In this document: in pieces, positions 18,605 through 30,707 of the stretch | How positions within the stretch are numbered: position 1 is the first letter of the stretch | How the letters are laid out: the number at the start of each line of letters is the position of its first letter | Assembly: GCF_000150275.1 (NCBI RefSeq) | Contig: NW_002060949.1 | Coordinates: 2,477,836-2,541,835, forward strand | Source of the DNA: Trichoplax adhaerens | Lineage: Eukaryota > Animalia > Placozoa | Direction of reading: 5' to 3' | Length of the DNA stretch: 64,000 nt | Translations under genes and position numbers: made by a program | Notes under the pieces: model-generated | What the model saw: only the letters and a program-made list of their open reading frames with translations | What the model was told of the DNA's origin: nothing | The model's database searches: none

Positions 18605-18925
18605 GTAAGGGTTGTACAGATAACTGGAACGAAAAGCCGTATGGGTTGAAGCTTTCGCTTTTTTTTCTCTTGCCATACTGTATCAGATCTGGTACGGATG
18701 CAACAGCAACCGCTATAGGCCACAGTGTATCAGTTAGACCTGCCGTCAGTAGCCACAATGGTGGATAGGATTGCATCCGTAGCAAGAACCAAGGCCCACC
18801 GTCACTGGCGTACTACGCTTGCGCGAAGGACAGGAAATCAACCGATTACAGTACTGTACTTGCGATCCGTGGCGTTGGAGTTGGATATTTGATGCCTTGT
18901 TGAAAATCGACAATCGACCATTTTG

Positions 18926-21900
18926 ATGGCAACTCGGGCAGAAAGGGATAAGAAAAAGCAAAATGAACAGCACCATCGAATATTAACGGACTTGTTACGC
19001 GAACAGTGCAATAAAATATGCGCTGATTGTGAAGCGAAAGGTAAAAAAACAGATCTATTTTTATACATGGAGTTGTGCTAATGGATAGACATACGCGCAC
19101 TATAGACTGAGGTGCAACTTGTATAGTAGAGTGACTGGCTTCTCCTCGCTGATACAGACTGTAGTTCAACTGCTAGCCGTCAAGTTGGAATGATTCAGTG
19201 AAATATTGCATATCGAAATAAGTGTAAATTATACAAGAATCAACCATCCTAGACATTATTCCACATTGCTGGATACTTTGGTTGATCCTAGTCAATGATC
19301 GTAGCATCTATTTATGTCAAGATAGCAATGCAGGAGTAGTTTTACACTGAAAATAAACTGTCCATCCTTTCTGACTTGGAGAACAGTACCAGTACTCGCG
19401 TCATACCAATGTATCATACGAGTGGATAGCCTAATGAATTATAGACGCACAGTAGACTGTATATAACCATTTATGAACAAATGGTTTTTAGAATGATCAA
19501 GTTAATCGCAATTTTCATCTCTACAACTTTAGTTAATGTACAGTTGATCTTTTCATTGACCATTTAACCGTCCTTTCGTACAACACTTCCTCAGTGGATT
19601 TGTCTGATTTTTGAACTTACTGCTGTTATAATGACTGTAAGCATTGACTGTATACGACTTGGCGTCAATATCATAGCCCTATATGGACTTGACGATACTT
19701 TCGATACATTCTGACAAAGTGGATCGTTTTTACTTTCTTAAAATTGCTCGAAGAAACTTGATTCATCTACTGATGACGATGAGTCAAAAGTCAAGGCTCA
19801 AAACTGTGAATGATTGCTTGTTCAATCTTAAGCTGAATGAATTTCCCATGATAGTACAGAATGTTACACCGTGTACGTATGGTACGACCACCATAGAGTT
19901 TACCGTAGGATCGCTCTGATCGAGATCGATTGGCAGGTGTCACAATCTTGCGCTTTTTCGGACTAGCTAATCAATGGATGAAATCAATTTATTGTCGGTT
20001 AAAATTGACTATAGAATTGGTATCGACCAATGTAGTCCATGGATTAGCTCGACTACAGTACATTATTAGTAATTGATCATGGATCGATCGATTATAAACA
20101 TCATGACAAGTACAGTAAAATAGAAACTTGTCGAGAAGGAGTATAGGCTGTGAACAACATCCTTCCAGTTCAAGAATCATCCAATCTAACACTGCATTGC
20201 GGTGGACGATTACCACTGTACGCGTATGCATTTCTTTCATAAGTATCGTTCGTTTGTTTTTGTTTTACACGAATAGAAAGATACGATACTGCAGCCATGG
20301 TACAGCGTAATACGTGTGCAAGCTAGAAGAGTGTAGTACTAGCTAGTATCTACTACAGTGATACTAATGTACATCTATCGACGTGTACAAGCTTGAAAAA
20401 TTGAGCAGATAGTCTGCATAATTCGTTTACTCGATAACACCAAGGCTATCTCAAATAGTGGATAATTCTTTATTTTTAAAGTAATGATTTTTACTTATAG
20501 CAGGATCAAGCAGAGCACTCATATCTTACTATTGTAATTAACATTACATAAATGAATTACAATCCTTTCAAAAAGTGCTAACGATGTGAAATTCGAGGAA
20601 TAATAGAAATATGATGAAACTTGGTAAAATGCATCGTCATGCATTCATCTAGGAATAGTTCCTATCTATAGCAAATGTATTAGTGTTTGGTTAATGTTAA
20701 CAGCCTTTATAATACACCATCAAAAAACATCGTGTTGGTGTTGTACGCAATACTTGTAGTTCTGCGAATGTACAGAATTATAATAGCTACGTTATTCTTC
20801 AACTAAGACTCATTTATACTTTGCTACTAATTATAACTGACTCACGTGACAAAATAACCCAAGAAAATATTTCTCGTACGCGTAAAGTATACTACGAAGA
20901 TACGGTCAATAATAACAGAATGGTTAAGGAAATGATGATTAAAATATCGGCTGATTAATAATTACTTGTACGAATAATATAATGAATGAATTAATTCAGT
21001 TATGATAACTAGTCAATGTAAATTTCCAGCAATTTATTCCTTATATACAGTAGTGTATGTCAAGACGACTGTTGATTGTCAGTTTAAGACGATAGTAAAG
21101 TGTAGATTAACTACCTAAATTAAACATTGTACTAATTAACTAATAAGTAACTATAGTTTACGTTATTTTTAAAACGATTCTGATTAAAAATTGATACATT
21201 GTTTAATTAGGTCCAAGATGGGCGTCGTGGAATATTGGTGCTTTCATATGTATCCGTTGTGCCGGTATTCATCGTAACCTCGGTGTTCATATTAGCAAGG
21301 TGAAATCGGTAAACTTAGATTCATGGACTTCAGAGCAAGTTGCTGTAAGTAGAAAAATTTAGAATATTTTATCACCGCACCTAAAGAGGCTTCTATATTT
21401 TTATAATTAACCTACTTACTTTGTTCATCGAAATTTTTAGAATGTAGTTATCTCGTAGTAATAATCTATTTTCTATTTGTTATTATAATACAATATTGAA
21501 TGAGTGTGATATTCTTACTGGCCATTATCATTCCTAAAATTTCAATTTAGCAGTCTTAAGTATAGAGACAGTTATGCCTAAAACGCAATATTTTAAAGTT
21601 GAAATGTTAGATAGGCTTACTACAGTACTTTGTGGCAATATAAATTGTAGTGATTTTCATGGCTAGATCATTCATATTGTCTTCTAACATTTCCCCATAC
21701 ATACATTGTATAGAATATGGTAGAATGGGGTAACAGGCGTGTCAACAGATACTACGAAGCGAATATACCGTCTACGTTCACCCGGCCTTCATCAGACCAG
21801 TTGCGTATTATTGTTAATTTTATTTATCAATTAGCTATTTAAATTCATTTTATAAGGTCATCCATATGCATACTGTAAATAAATAATAGAGATGAGTTTA

Positions 21901-23337
21901 AATGAGACACTAAGTATCGCCAAATTTAGGTAATAGACGCGTATATTTTATTGCAGGGCGGCAGAAAATTTTATCCGCGCAAAATATGTTAGCAAACAGT
22001 ACGCTGGGCAAAAGTTACCAGAAGAAAATAAACCAAAGGTATCAATGAAAATTGCGCCTTCTGAATAAATATGATACCAGTTACTGTCATTGATCCACCA
22101 ATGATAATACATTTGCATAATTTTTGCTTGTATTTTTGGTATAGGCTACAAGTAAGACTGGGAAAACTACTAACCAGGTAAACTGACCTTCAGTATCTTA
22201 TATGTTGTTGTTTAATTTGAGAGCTATTACGGAACCGGCTATTATTCTTTTTTGAGATATCATACTTTGATGAAAATAACAGAGTGTAATAATCTATGAA
22301 ATTACTTTCTATTGCATTATTTAGAATACTCCAGCTGCTGTAGCGCAACATAAATCACGCCAAAGTTCCTCATCATCATCGTCTTCTGTTCAAGAACGAC
22401 AATCACCTGCCAAACGAGCAACTCCAGTACAATCTCAGAGTCCTGCCCCTAAGCCGCAGCAACAGTCCGCAATTGCTGATCTTTTGAGCTTAGATACACC
22501 AGTTCAGCAAGCACCAGTTCAACAATCTCAAGTAGTAAATGCACCTCCCCAGCAGGTACCTTCTAATACTCAACAGGCAATCCCATCGCAAATACCACAA
22601 CAGCCTCAAAATCAGCAACAAAATCTAATAAGTGAAGCAGCTTTATTCGGAACAAACGAACAGAAAGCAAGCATTGATAAGGACTCTATTTTATCTCTGT
22701 ATGGTAAAAATACTCAAACACCAGCCTATGGTGTTCCAGGTAAAATTTCTGTTCTGTTCACTAGCAATGTAACATTATACTGTATTGCTACGACTGTTTT
22801 CTACTATAGTAATATAACAATTATTTTATCTTAGGTGGTATAATAATGAGTCGGCCGCAAGTCAGTAATACAAACATGGTACAACAAGGACCTGGTATGA
22901 TGTATCAAGGTCAAGGTGGAATGCAGCAAATGCAGTATGGTAACAGGATGCAACAATTCCAGCCCATGTCTCAGGGTATGGGTCAAGTAAATCAAATTAC
23001 ACAAGGTATGAATCAAATGTCCGTAACTGGAGGAGCTGGTTTACCAAATCAACAAGCTATGTATAATACCCCCTCTGGAGGTGGTAACTTTAATATGCCT
23101 CAACAAAATCAATTTAATATGATGCGACAGCAACAACCAATGCAACAACAGTTTCAGCAAAATTTTATGGGACAATATCAGCAAAACCCCACTATGCAGC
23201 AGGCTCCGCTAATGCAAGGAAATCAGAGACCACAAGTGTACAATCAACAATTTGCAACAAACAACCAGGGTGGTATGTATGCTGGAAATCAGCAAATGAC
23301 TCAAGGGCAGACTTTAAACAATCAACTATGGAATTAA
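18926..23337 (+). CDS. SMAP1: Stromal membrane-associated protein (SMAP1/2-type ArfGAP). Exons 18926-19040, 21211-21344, 21714-21799, 21957-22038, 22145-22177, 22325-22739, 22835-23337
   Basis: [20 protein letters not shown] start; ArfGAP zinc finger [44 protein letters not shown]; clathrin box DLLSLD; KDSILSLYG motif; Q/M-rich tail ending TLNNQLWN. Probably co-orthologous to SMAP1 and SMAP2. Confidence 0.95.
19761..19842 (+). ncRNA. Candidate orphan box C/D snoRNA in SMAP intron 1
   Basis: Box C (C)TGATGA at 19770-19776, box D CTGA at 19833-19836, closed by a 6-bp terminal stem ATTCAT/ATGAAT. Length 82 nt; no target recognised. Confidence 0.3.
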
Positions 23338-24951
23338 ACTACTATTGCATCGCTATACTATTGCAATGATTGTTGTTACAGTATAAGTCCTTACTATCTT
23401 TAGTTAGAGCGAAAGATATTTACTGCATACAATTTTATCATTGTATTATTAGCTTCGTAATAATTAGGTAACATTTGATATCTTCACATGTACCGCCTCA
23501 TAAGTAATAGGGAATTTTAGGTTTCAATTGCCCGTAGGCTTTAGCTAATGCGAATAAAAATAAGTAGTGTAGCATACCATTACGTATCACGTATTTTGTA
23601 AATTGTTATATCTCTTTGTTGATATTCTGGTTGTGTTGTCCATAGTAATCATTTCAATTATTATACATTTATTAGTAAAGAAAAATTTTAGATAGCTCGC
23701 CTGCTACTAAAGTATCGTGATTTGAGAATTTTTACACTTTTCGTGATAGCGTGATAGTAGACATTCAGTTGGCTATTCTATTTTCACTGCACAGTGACCG
23801 ATACTATGTACGATTGTATTTTACGCTTCTTGAATTCCTAAGTATGATATGTTAGACAATTCAAATCTTAAAGAGGTATGTAACTGTAAGCCATCTGCTA
23901 AATTCGGTTTTTCTGATTTATTCAACTTGTAACCCATTCATCGTTGCTCAGTTCGTTGTCGATCAACCGATAATACACGATGCAAATCCTACTTGTGAAA
24001 AAATAATTGCCATTCAAGATGTACACATGTACAGCATTATATTTTTCATTGTCTTACAAGTCATTGTGCAGTTTATAATAAACTGGACGATGTAGTAGAA
24101 AAGGTATACTCTACGTATACAAAACAGTATATCATCTTAAATAAATTTAGCAAGCTACTTCATGTTCTCATGGGATATAATGTTATGTGTACGTTAAATT
24201 TTTAAGCTACCGTCATACTATAATTATAGGAAAAAGTTCAGAACGAAACAGTTGATTATTGATGTAACCACATTGTAAGATTCGGAAGATTTAAACATTG
24301 TTCATATAAATTTGAACTGATGCATAAAGCGATATGTTGATGAATTCACCCAGTGATTACATCATATGAATATTACTTACAACTGATGAAGGTCCGCGAA
24401 AATTACAGTTATAGTTTTAATAAAAACGAGTGGCATACCCATTTCATTTCTACAACCGTAATTAAATATAATTTAATCAAAGCTTGAATATTAATGCAAA
24501 ACTCGAACTACTCATTCTGTGATCTCTCTGAAGGCGTTCAAGACCAAAGAATCAAACATTTTCATGAGAATTTTATTTCTGAAAGTATCAATATATAATA
24601 ATAATAATCTATGCTCTTAAAAGAAAACTAATCAGATAAGAGCATAAAAATTAATTATAAATACATATATTTTAGCGGCAATTTATAATCTAATAGTGAA
24701 TATACTTTTAAAACGTTCATAAGAAATTATTGATTTATGGCTAGAATACGGTAATTGCTAATAGTATAACGGCAAAGAGCAGAGTTAAATATACATTTAT
24801 GTATGGATGTACGTATATATATACATATCATGGTTTATTAAATTCAAGCTTAACTTTTTTATAAAAATATTCCACGCGCTTTTTACATGGTGTATCTGAT
24901 AGTTTATGAGACCTCTTGAAAATGCAAGCAGCCGAAAATATACGTTCAGTA

Positions 24952-27900
24952 TTATAAAAGTGTCACCCCTTTGCTATGATTAGTATTAACCATGGACCTT
25001 TCCTGTGATATTTGCTCGGCTTTGAAGGCAACTTTTGTCGATTTCTTCTGTTGCCGTCTTACCTAATGGGGAAATAACATGTGGATATTATCGTAATTGA
25101 ATAGCCGGGGGGTATTAAGATAGCTGCAAAGGCTAACCTTTTTTTGTCCTTTAACTTCCAATTTTCTTCGTCGTTTCTCCTCCTTTGTCTCATTCTTACT
25201 TCTGGTAATATTTGTCTTGACTGTTATGATTTAAAAAGGCATATTAAAAGTACTCGTAAGTTAATATTACTAACAATTAATAAAACAAAATCAGTGTCAA
25301 TAGAGTTAATATCAACAATTTAATTTGCAAACAGTACCTGATACTACTTTCTCTTTAGGTGATTTTCCAGGTAAAACTCCTAATGGTATTCCAGTCTTTT
25401 TCGATAATATTATCTGAGGTTTATCAGATATTTTCTAAGTAAATAAAGTTAACCGTTACGGGAATTTATGTTTACATTTTTACAATATGCCATACGCAAT
25501 ATCAAAAAATACCGTACGTTTGCGTTCTTTTTAGGCGGGTTTGCAATTATTTTGGGGTGATTGTAAGCAGTTGAACGGGTTTCTAGTATCGATTCACAAT
25601 CCCATAGTTCACGTTTTTCTTCAACCTCTACCAATTCAGTTGATTCCTCACTATCTGACTCTGTACTTTCGGTTTCATTGTCATCATCTAGATCGATTTG
25701 ACTTTCTTCCATTATATCACGTGGTTCGGCGTTAGTTGGCTTTTTTGCATTAAGTGGACGACTTTATATTGTAAATAAAGTAAAAGCAAACTTTTAATCC
25801 ACTTAGTATGGTTTATAAATTGGCATGTTAATTAATCATACATTTAGGTATGAGCAAGGCTTAATTTTGTCATAGCCAACTTACTATGAATTATCCATTA
25901 GAGACACTTGTTCTTCAATTAATCTACTCAAATGTTGTTCAACTAATTCTCGCCTTTCATCACCAGAAATATTATCACCACTATCATCAGGAGCACCGAT
26001 TTCATTGTCTTCATATTCCTCCAGTATCTGCGAGAAAAGGTTTAAATGCGTCAAATCTGGAACAGCTGCTATTATCAATACTTATTCTATAATAACACTA
26101 ATAGCGCTAATATTGCAAATTTAAAGTACACATAAAAGAGCTTACGATCTCAATAAGTATACTCGTATATAAAATCAAAGGATTTCTACCTTGTCAAATC
26201 TGTCATCTAAATGAGTTAAACCTATAATTATAGATTAAAACACATTCAGGCGGTTATATATTTATTTAGGCCATCGAAAGACTTTTGAAAACATGTATTT
26301 TGGCAATGATCAGCTTATTAACAGTATGTCCTAACCTTCTCCTCGTCTTACAACAGATGATGTCAATGATAATCCGGTAAATTGTGAGACGTTATCGTCA
26401 TCAGCCATGGAATTCATACATTCGTCACTACCAAATGAATCATTTCTGTATCTTGACATATCATTTTCATTATCATCGTATCCCCCTTCGTCCGCGTCAT
26501 ATTCCGCTTCATCTACAACATCGGCCTATTTGTTAAAAAAATAAAGAATTCGATATACGTGTGGTTAGAAAGATGATATAAGTACATGACGTTAATGCTT
26601 TTTACAATATAGGATGTTTCTATTTTAAGTTCTAAATGTAATTTACTTTTCGCATGAAATCATCTTCCAATATGTTATCTGGATCATCGAGATCAAGAGC
26701 ATCATCTAACGCGGCTACAATATCTGGATCCCATTCTGGATGAAGTCCTGTTATAATTTAATGTTTATATATAGTAGGGCAATTTAATGATACATACGCG
26801 AATTACGATACTTATTTGATTTATCAAAATATATGACAATGAAAACTCTCACAAGGCCGACTAATAATATCACTAAGTTAGTAATTACGAATAGACTGAA
26901 TAGTAAAGGCTACGTACTCAGATTATCATTAAGAAGACATTTTCTAACTTCTAGTTACTACCTAGCAATGATATTGTAATCATAAGTTACCTTGCGATTC
27001 AAGACCACGATTCAGAAGACCGACATCATCTTCACGTTGCGACGGAAAGGCATTTGCCGGTAACTTTATTTTTGACTAACAGGGTAATGATTAATATTCC
27101 AATACGGCATAAGGTTAAATGCACGATATTCATTACAATCTAGCCATTAAATCTACTAGTAATAAGTCAAGCTCAACTAACCTTATTGGAACCGATGTAA
27201 ACAAAATCAACATTGTCACTTGAGGTTGTGGCTTTATCATGGCGTTCTTTAAGGTGCTGCATGTAGTTGTAATCGTCATCAAAATAGACACCATACTTCT
27301 CCTGTTCGTATACCCGAGCTTGATAATCATCCTGTAATAATAAACTTGAGGCATTAAAAACTATTAAGGCAAGATTAGTGCAGTATAGGAATAAATTAAT
27401 CCATCTATAAAACTTTGATCGATATGCCTTCTAGAATATTGGTCAATAACTAATAGCAATGATCATGTAGCAGGCAGTACTTTAAGTTCTCAACGACATC
27501 ATTTGACTCACTTATTACTATCATATAGTCAGTATACTACTGATGTATTCAGATTGCTGTAAAGGACGATAATGCAAAATTCAGCTAGTGCTTTTGGTAA
27601 TCTCATCAACAATTAGAGAATACACTGTACTTTGAGCTTTAACTATAGCAGGCTGCTAAACTGGTCGATCTCATTTGTAAAGATAGTAGTAGGAAATATG
27701 CAGCGATCTTGTAGGGTACTACAGGTTGTAATCAACAAGCAGCATGTGCACTTGTGCAGCCTATTTAGAATGCTACTCCTCATATTCGGTCGAGTACAGT
27801 ACTGCTATTACTAGATATAATTCTGCCAAATTCACTTTCGCCTCCAGATACAAAGAATCTACTGTACTGTAGTCAATACTTTAAGTAAATATGTTACTTG

Positions 27901-28364
27901 TATTGATTGATAGTGGAGATTGCTATACGAGTATATTATCATCCTATGGGCCTTCGCTGTATTTAAGTTTGGTGCATGTAATATTCAAATTCGATTCGAT
28001 ATAGTGTCGATGATCATGTTACTAGAACGCCGAGTTACCTCCTCCATCTTTGGCTGTCTTGTTTCTTCATTCTTGTCTGTATCAAACGGGTGTAAAACAT
28101 ATTGCGGTGCTTGATCATCGGCAATAAGTGGATCTCGCTGACTTCGATGAACAAGTTGGAATCGATAACCTTCTTTCTTGCCAATAAATGGCTTCTTCTT
28201 GCGACCCTATTTGAAATGATCGACATTTTGTTATGTCCTTCGATTACGCTTGTACATTCGACGCTTACAGTATATACCGGATAAAAGTTGCTACACTTGG
28301 AAAAGTACAATCGCATAGTATTCTACTTGGATATCAAGTCATCTATCTTAGATATACATACCAT
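24952..28364 (-). CDS. LTV1: Pre-40S assembly factor LTV1. Exons 28362-28364 (ATG only), 28039-28206, 27182-27331, 26991-27075, 26647-26747, 26336-26525, 26190-26221, 25885-26027, 25518-25761, 25338-25434, 25138-25220, 24952-25062
   Basis: GRKKKPFI..FQLVHRSQRDPL, YGVYFDDDYNYMQHLK, DPDIVAALD..LEDDF, SSVVRR..HLDDRFDK, WDCESILET.STAYNHPKII, LSKKTGIPLGVL and a basic C-terminus ETKEEKRRRK..RRQQKKSTKVAFKAE. Confidence 0.95.
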
Positions 28365-28605
28365 ATTGAACTTTTATAAAGTCTACAATTCTCTAAATCC
28401 CTTCAAAATCGACAACAAGGTGGAAAGTTAATTTCTCCGCATGCGATCCAAGCTGAAGTTTATTTTGTACAGTACAGTACCCACCGTCACCTCACAATTA
28501 ATCACGTCATCCACGTCTGTAACAACAGTACGGGTGACGGTAATGAGGAGTCCGTCAATCGTGGATTGCATCTGTAACTCGGTTAGGCTGACTCGCATAA
28601 AATGT

Positions 28606-29017
28606 CACGTGGTCTTATGCTGGACTTCAATGTGGCCGCAGAATGCCCAAATCTTCAGTACGGTGCTTTACAGTATAACAACTCAAACATGACTTTGCTC
28701 TTGAGTTCGTTTGGTATAACTAGGCATCTGGAATGACTCATCCATCAGCTACAGTACTACGTACTGTCAGGTTCTACAGTACCTTAAAACAGACGACTGT
28801 CAACAGTACTGTACACTGTACAGTATTAGTACAGTTACAGTACGATAGTTACAGTACAGTACTGTACGCGAGAAGGCTAGTCAGCTCATAGCAGGGATAT
28901 CTACTGTACACTGTACAGTATACAGTTTGAGCCAGCTAGGCAAAGGCAAAAGGATCAAATCGAAGGCTGCCAGACCTGAGCACAAGAGCACGTGGAGAAG
29001 AGATTAGTCTTCCCTTT
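28606..29017. promoter_or_regulatory. Bidirectional promoter between LTV1 and the snoRNA host gene: canonical E-boxes CACGTG at 28606-28611 and 28989-28994, and a 5'TOP/TCT-like tract CTTCCCTTT at 29009-29017
   Basis: The motifs are read directly from the sequence. Myc/Max E-boxes are typical of animal ribosome-biogenesis promoters and pyrimidine starts are typical of snoRNA hosts. The TSS itself is inferred. Confidence 0.55.
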
Positions 29018-29302
29018 GGCGTTGATAGTGGCATCGAGAGCATGACAAGTGCGATTATTCAGCACTTGTCGATGTAAAGAGAGTAGATAAAGGACGACTT
29101 AAACTTTTAAATCAACAAACTCCAAATACAGAAGAGAACATGCTTGATTTTTCGCCGTTTTCGATTGGAGAAAGTTGAGAAACACAGATGGGAGGATCTG
29201 CACCATGTTGGTAAGCTTCGGATAAAAGTAGATTACAGATACTGAATTTAGTATCGGCTATTACAAATAGACATGCAAAAGTCATCATACTGGCCTGACA
29301 CT

Positions 29303-29379
29303 TACTAGGATGAGAAGAAAAATAAAATATAACTTTCGTTCTTCTGAATCGAATGATTGTAATTCTTAATTCTGATACT
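29303..29379 (+). ncRNA. SNORD59: Box C/D snoRNA SNORD59 (U59/snR54) homologue; predicted guide for the 18S Am1031-equivalent site
   Basis: ACTTTCGTTCTT lies directly before box D' CTGA (29344-29347) and is complementary to the conserved 18S sequence AAGAACGAAAGU. Degenerate box C AGGATGA at 29307-29313, C'-like ATGATT, box D CTGA at 29372-29375. Confidence 0.85.
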
Positions 29380-29499
29380 TGAGCTTCACAAGGCTATTGC
29401 TAAAAATGGCTGTTTTTATTACCAGTATGGTAGCTATGACACACTCTTCAATTGCATGCTCATGATATTGAATTAATGATCGTAATCGTTTATCTATTG

Positions 29500-29708
29500 T
29501 CGGACTGATGATTTGGAATCCTACGGTAGCAATCACCTGAAGAATAAAGATATCATGGTCTTGTCATCGCTGTTTAATGGATAAACTACTCTTATACTAC
29601 CAACCTATCAACCTGCCAGAAAAACAAGATTGCCCTGCTCTCACATGTCAGATGGCATGACATCGTAGCAAGAGTAAATAATGCGGCACAGTATCGACTG
29701 AAGATAGG
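29500..29708 (+). ncRNA. Candidate long sno/scaRNA with box C/D ends and an internal H/ACA-like hairpin
   Basis: (C)TGATGA at 29505-29511; CTGA at 29537-29540 and 29698-29701; ANANNA box AGAAAA at 29628, then a hairpin (TGCC..ATGTCA/TGACAT..GGCA) and ACA at 29688-29690. Lies inside the snoRNA host; no target recognised. Confidence 0.35.
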
Positions 29709-29922
29709 AATGGGATGGACGATGCACTATACGTCAACATCAAGTTTCTTTCTTTGATTAAGAAAATTTTGGGTAAATTGATTGTTATATACTTTTACAG
29801 TATACTCGTATACTCATAGCCAATCTATCTAGAATTATAATTCTACCGTAGTTATAAACCCGTTCGTAAAAAACATGTATTACTAGTTATTGTAGTTTGT
29901 TTCATAATACAGTACTGTATAT

Positions 29923-30003
29923 CGTTGCTATGATGCAAATGAATTTCTTCACCTGAAGATCACCGTGTCGATTAATAATCGAGCTTTTTAAAACTGAGCA
30001 ACG
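29923..30003 (+). ncRNA. SNORD36: Box C/D snoRNA SNORD36 (U36/snR47) homologue carrying both guides
   Basis: Terminal stem CGTTGC/GCAACG and box C ATGATGC. D' guide GAATTTCTTCAC-CTGA is complementary to 28S GUGAAGAAAUUC; D guide CGAGCTTTTTAA-aa-CTGA is complementary to 18S UUAAAAAGCUCG. Confidence 0.93.
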
Positions 30004-30231
30004 TCGACATTATACATCTACTACGTCAAAAGTGTCAGACTGAAATTACTGGTATGGCTAAAATGTAAATGTATTAATTGCCTATATTTCTCTATATTCA
30101 ACTTTGCTATCATCAGTTAAAAATTACTAAAATGGGTAGGACGTATCCGTACACGCAACACTGTCCAGCCATTAAAAAAATGGTAAGTCTACTGCTTTAA
30201 ATTATTAAAATTAGAGTGAAAACTTTTGGTC

Positions 30232-30306
30232 AAGCTTCATTGATGACATACAGTATATATTAGACAGAATGCTATATGACGATTATTTAAGTCTCTGACG
30301 AAGCTT
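30232..30306 (+). ncRNA. Box C/D snoRNA, family unassigned
   Basis: 7-bp terminal stem AAGCTTC/GAAGCTT, box C TTGATGA at 30240-30246, D' CAGA, C' ATGACGA, box D CTGA at 30295-30298. Sits in the middle of intron 30183-30405. Confidence 0.82.
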
Positions 30307-30584
30307 AGCAGTAAATATATCCAACATCCCAAATGACGGGCCATTGATAACTTTTTACTACTGAATTTTATCCTATAATATACCTGTTTTTATAATTGTT
30401 TGCAGGCTGTAAACGACTGGGCGATTGCGAATGATTTAAAAGCAAGTACAAGTAGCCTTATGATGGTACGTGATACAGTACTCGTTGAACTATTTTAGAT
30501 AAAATCTAAACATATATATATATATATATCAATATTGTATTAGTTATTTCTGAATGTACAGCTTCGTATAGTGTTATCAAAGTG

Positions 30585-30707
30585 AGTGGCTGATGATTTA
30601 GCTTTGGTACTGGGCACGGAGTTGATTTACAACTTGTATCCAGTATCACACTAGTTACATTGAATCGTATCAATGGTGAAATTTCGCTAGGGGCCATCTG
30701 ACACTAT
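30585..30707 (+). ncRNA. SNORD67: Box C/D snoRNA SNORD67 (HBII-166) homologue; predicted guide for U6 snRNA Cm60
   Basis: Box C (C)TGATGA at 30590-30596. TAGGGGCCAT directly precedes box D CTGA (30698-30701) and is complementary to U6 AUGGCCCCUG; the +5 rule selects the first C. Flanking intronic stems ATAGTGT/ACACTAT and TGAATGTAC/GTACATTCA. Confidence 0.88.

Noticed and set aside
17615-19169. Several long minus-strand ORFs of up to 183 aa
   Set aside because: Microsatellite-derived, or antisense to the SMAP first exon and promoter.
27549-27609. Minus-strand TGATGA..CTGA..CTGA in an LTV1 intron with partial 28S complementarity (TTACCAAAAG)
   Set aside because: No terminal stem, and the complementarity is interrupted and not contiguous with box D'. 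Compatible with chance, though cheap to test with snoscan.
29476-29545. U8-like words TGATGATTTGG and GCAATCACCTGA
   Set aside because: The C-to-D distance is only about 25 nt and there is no U8 5' domain.
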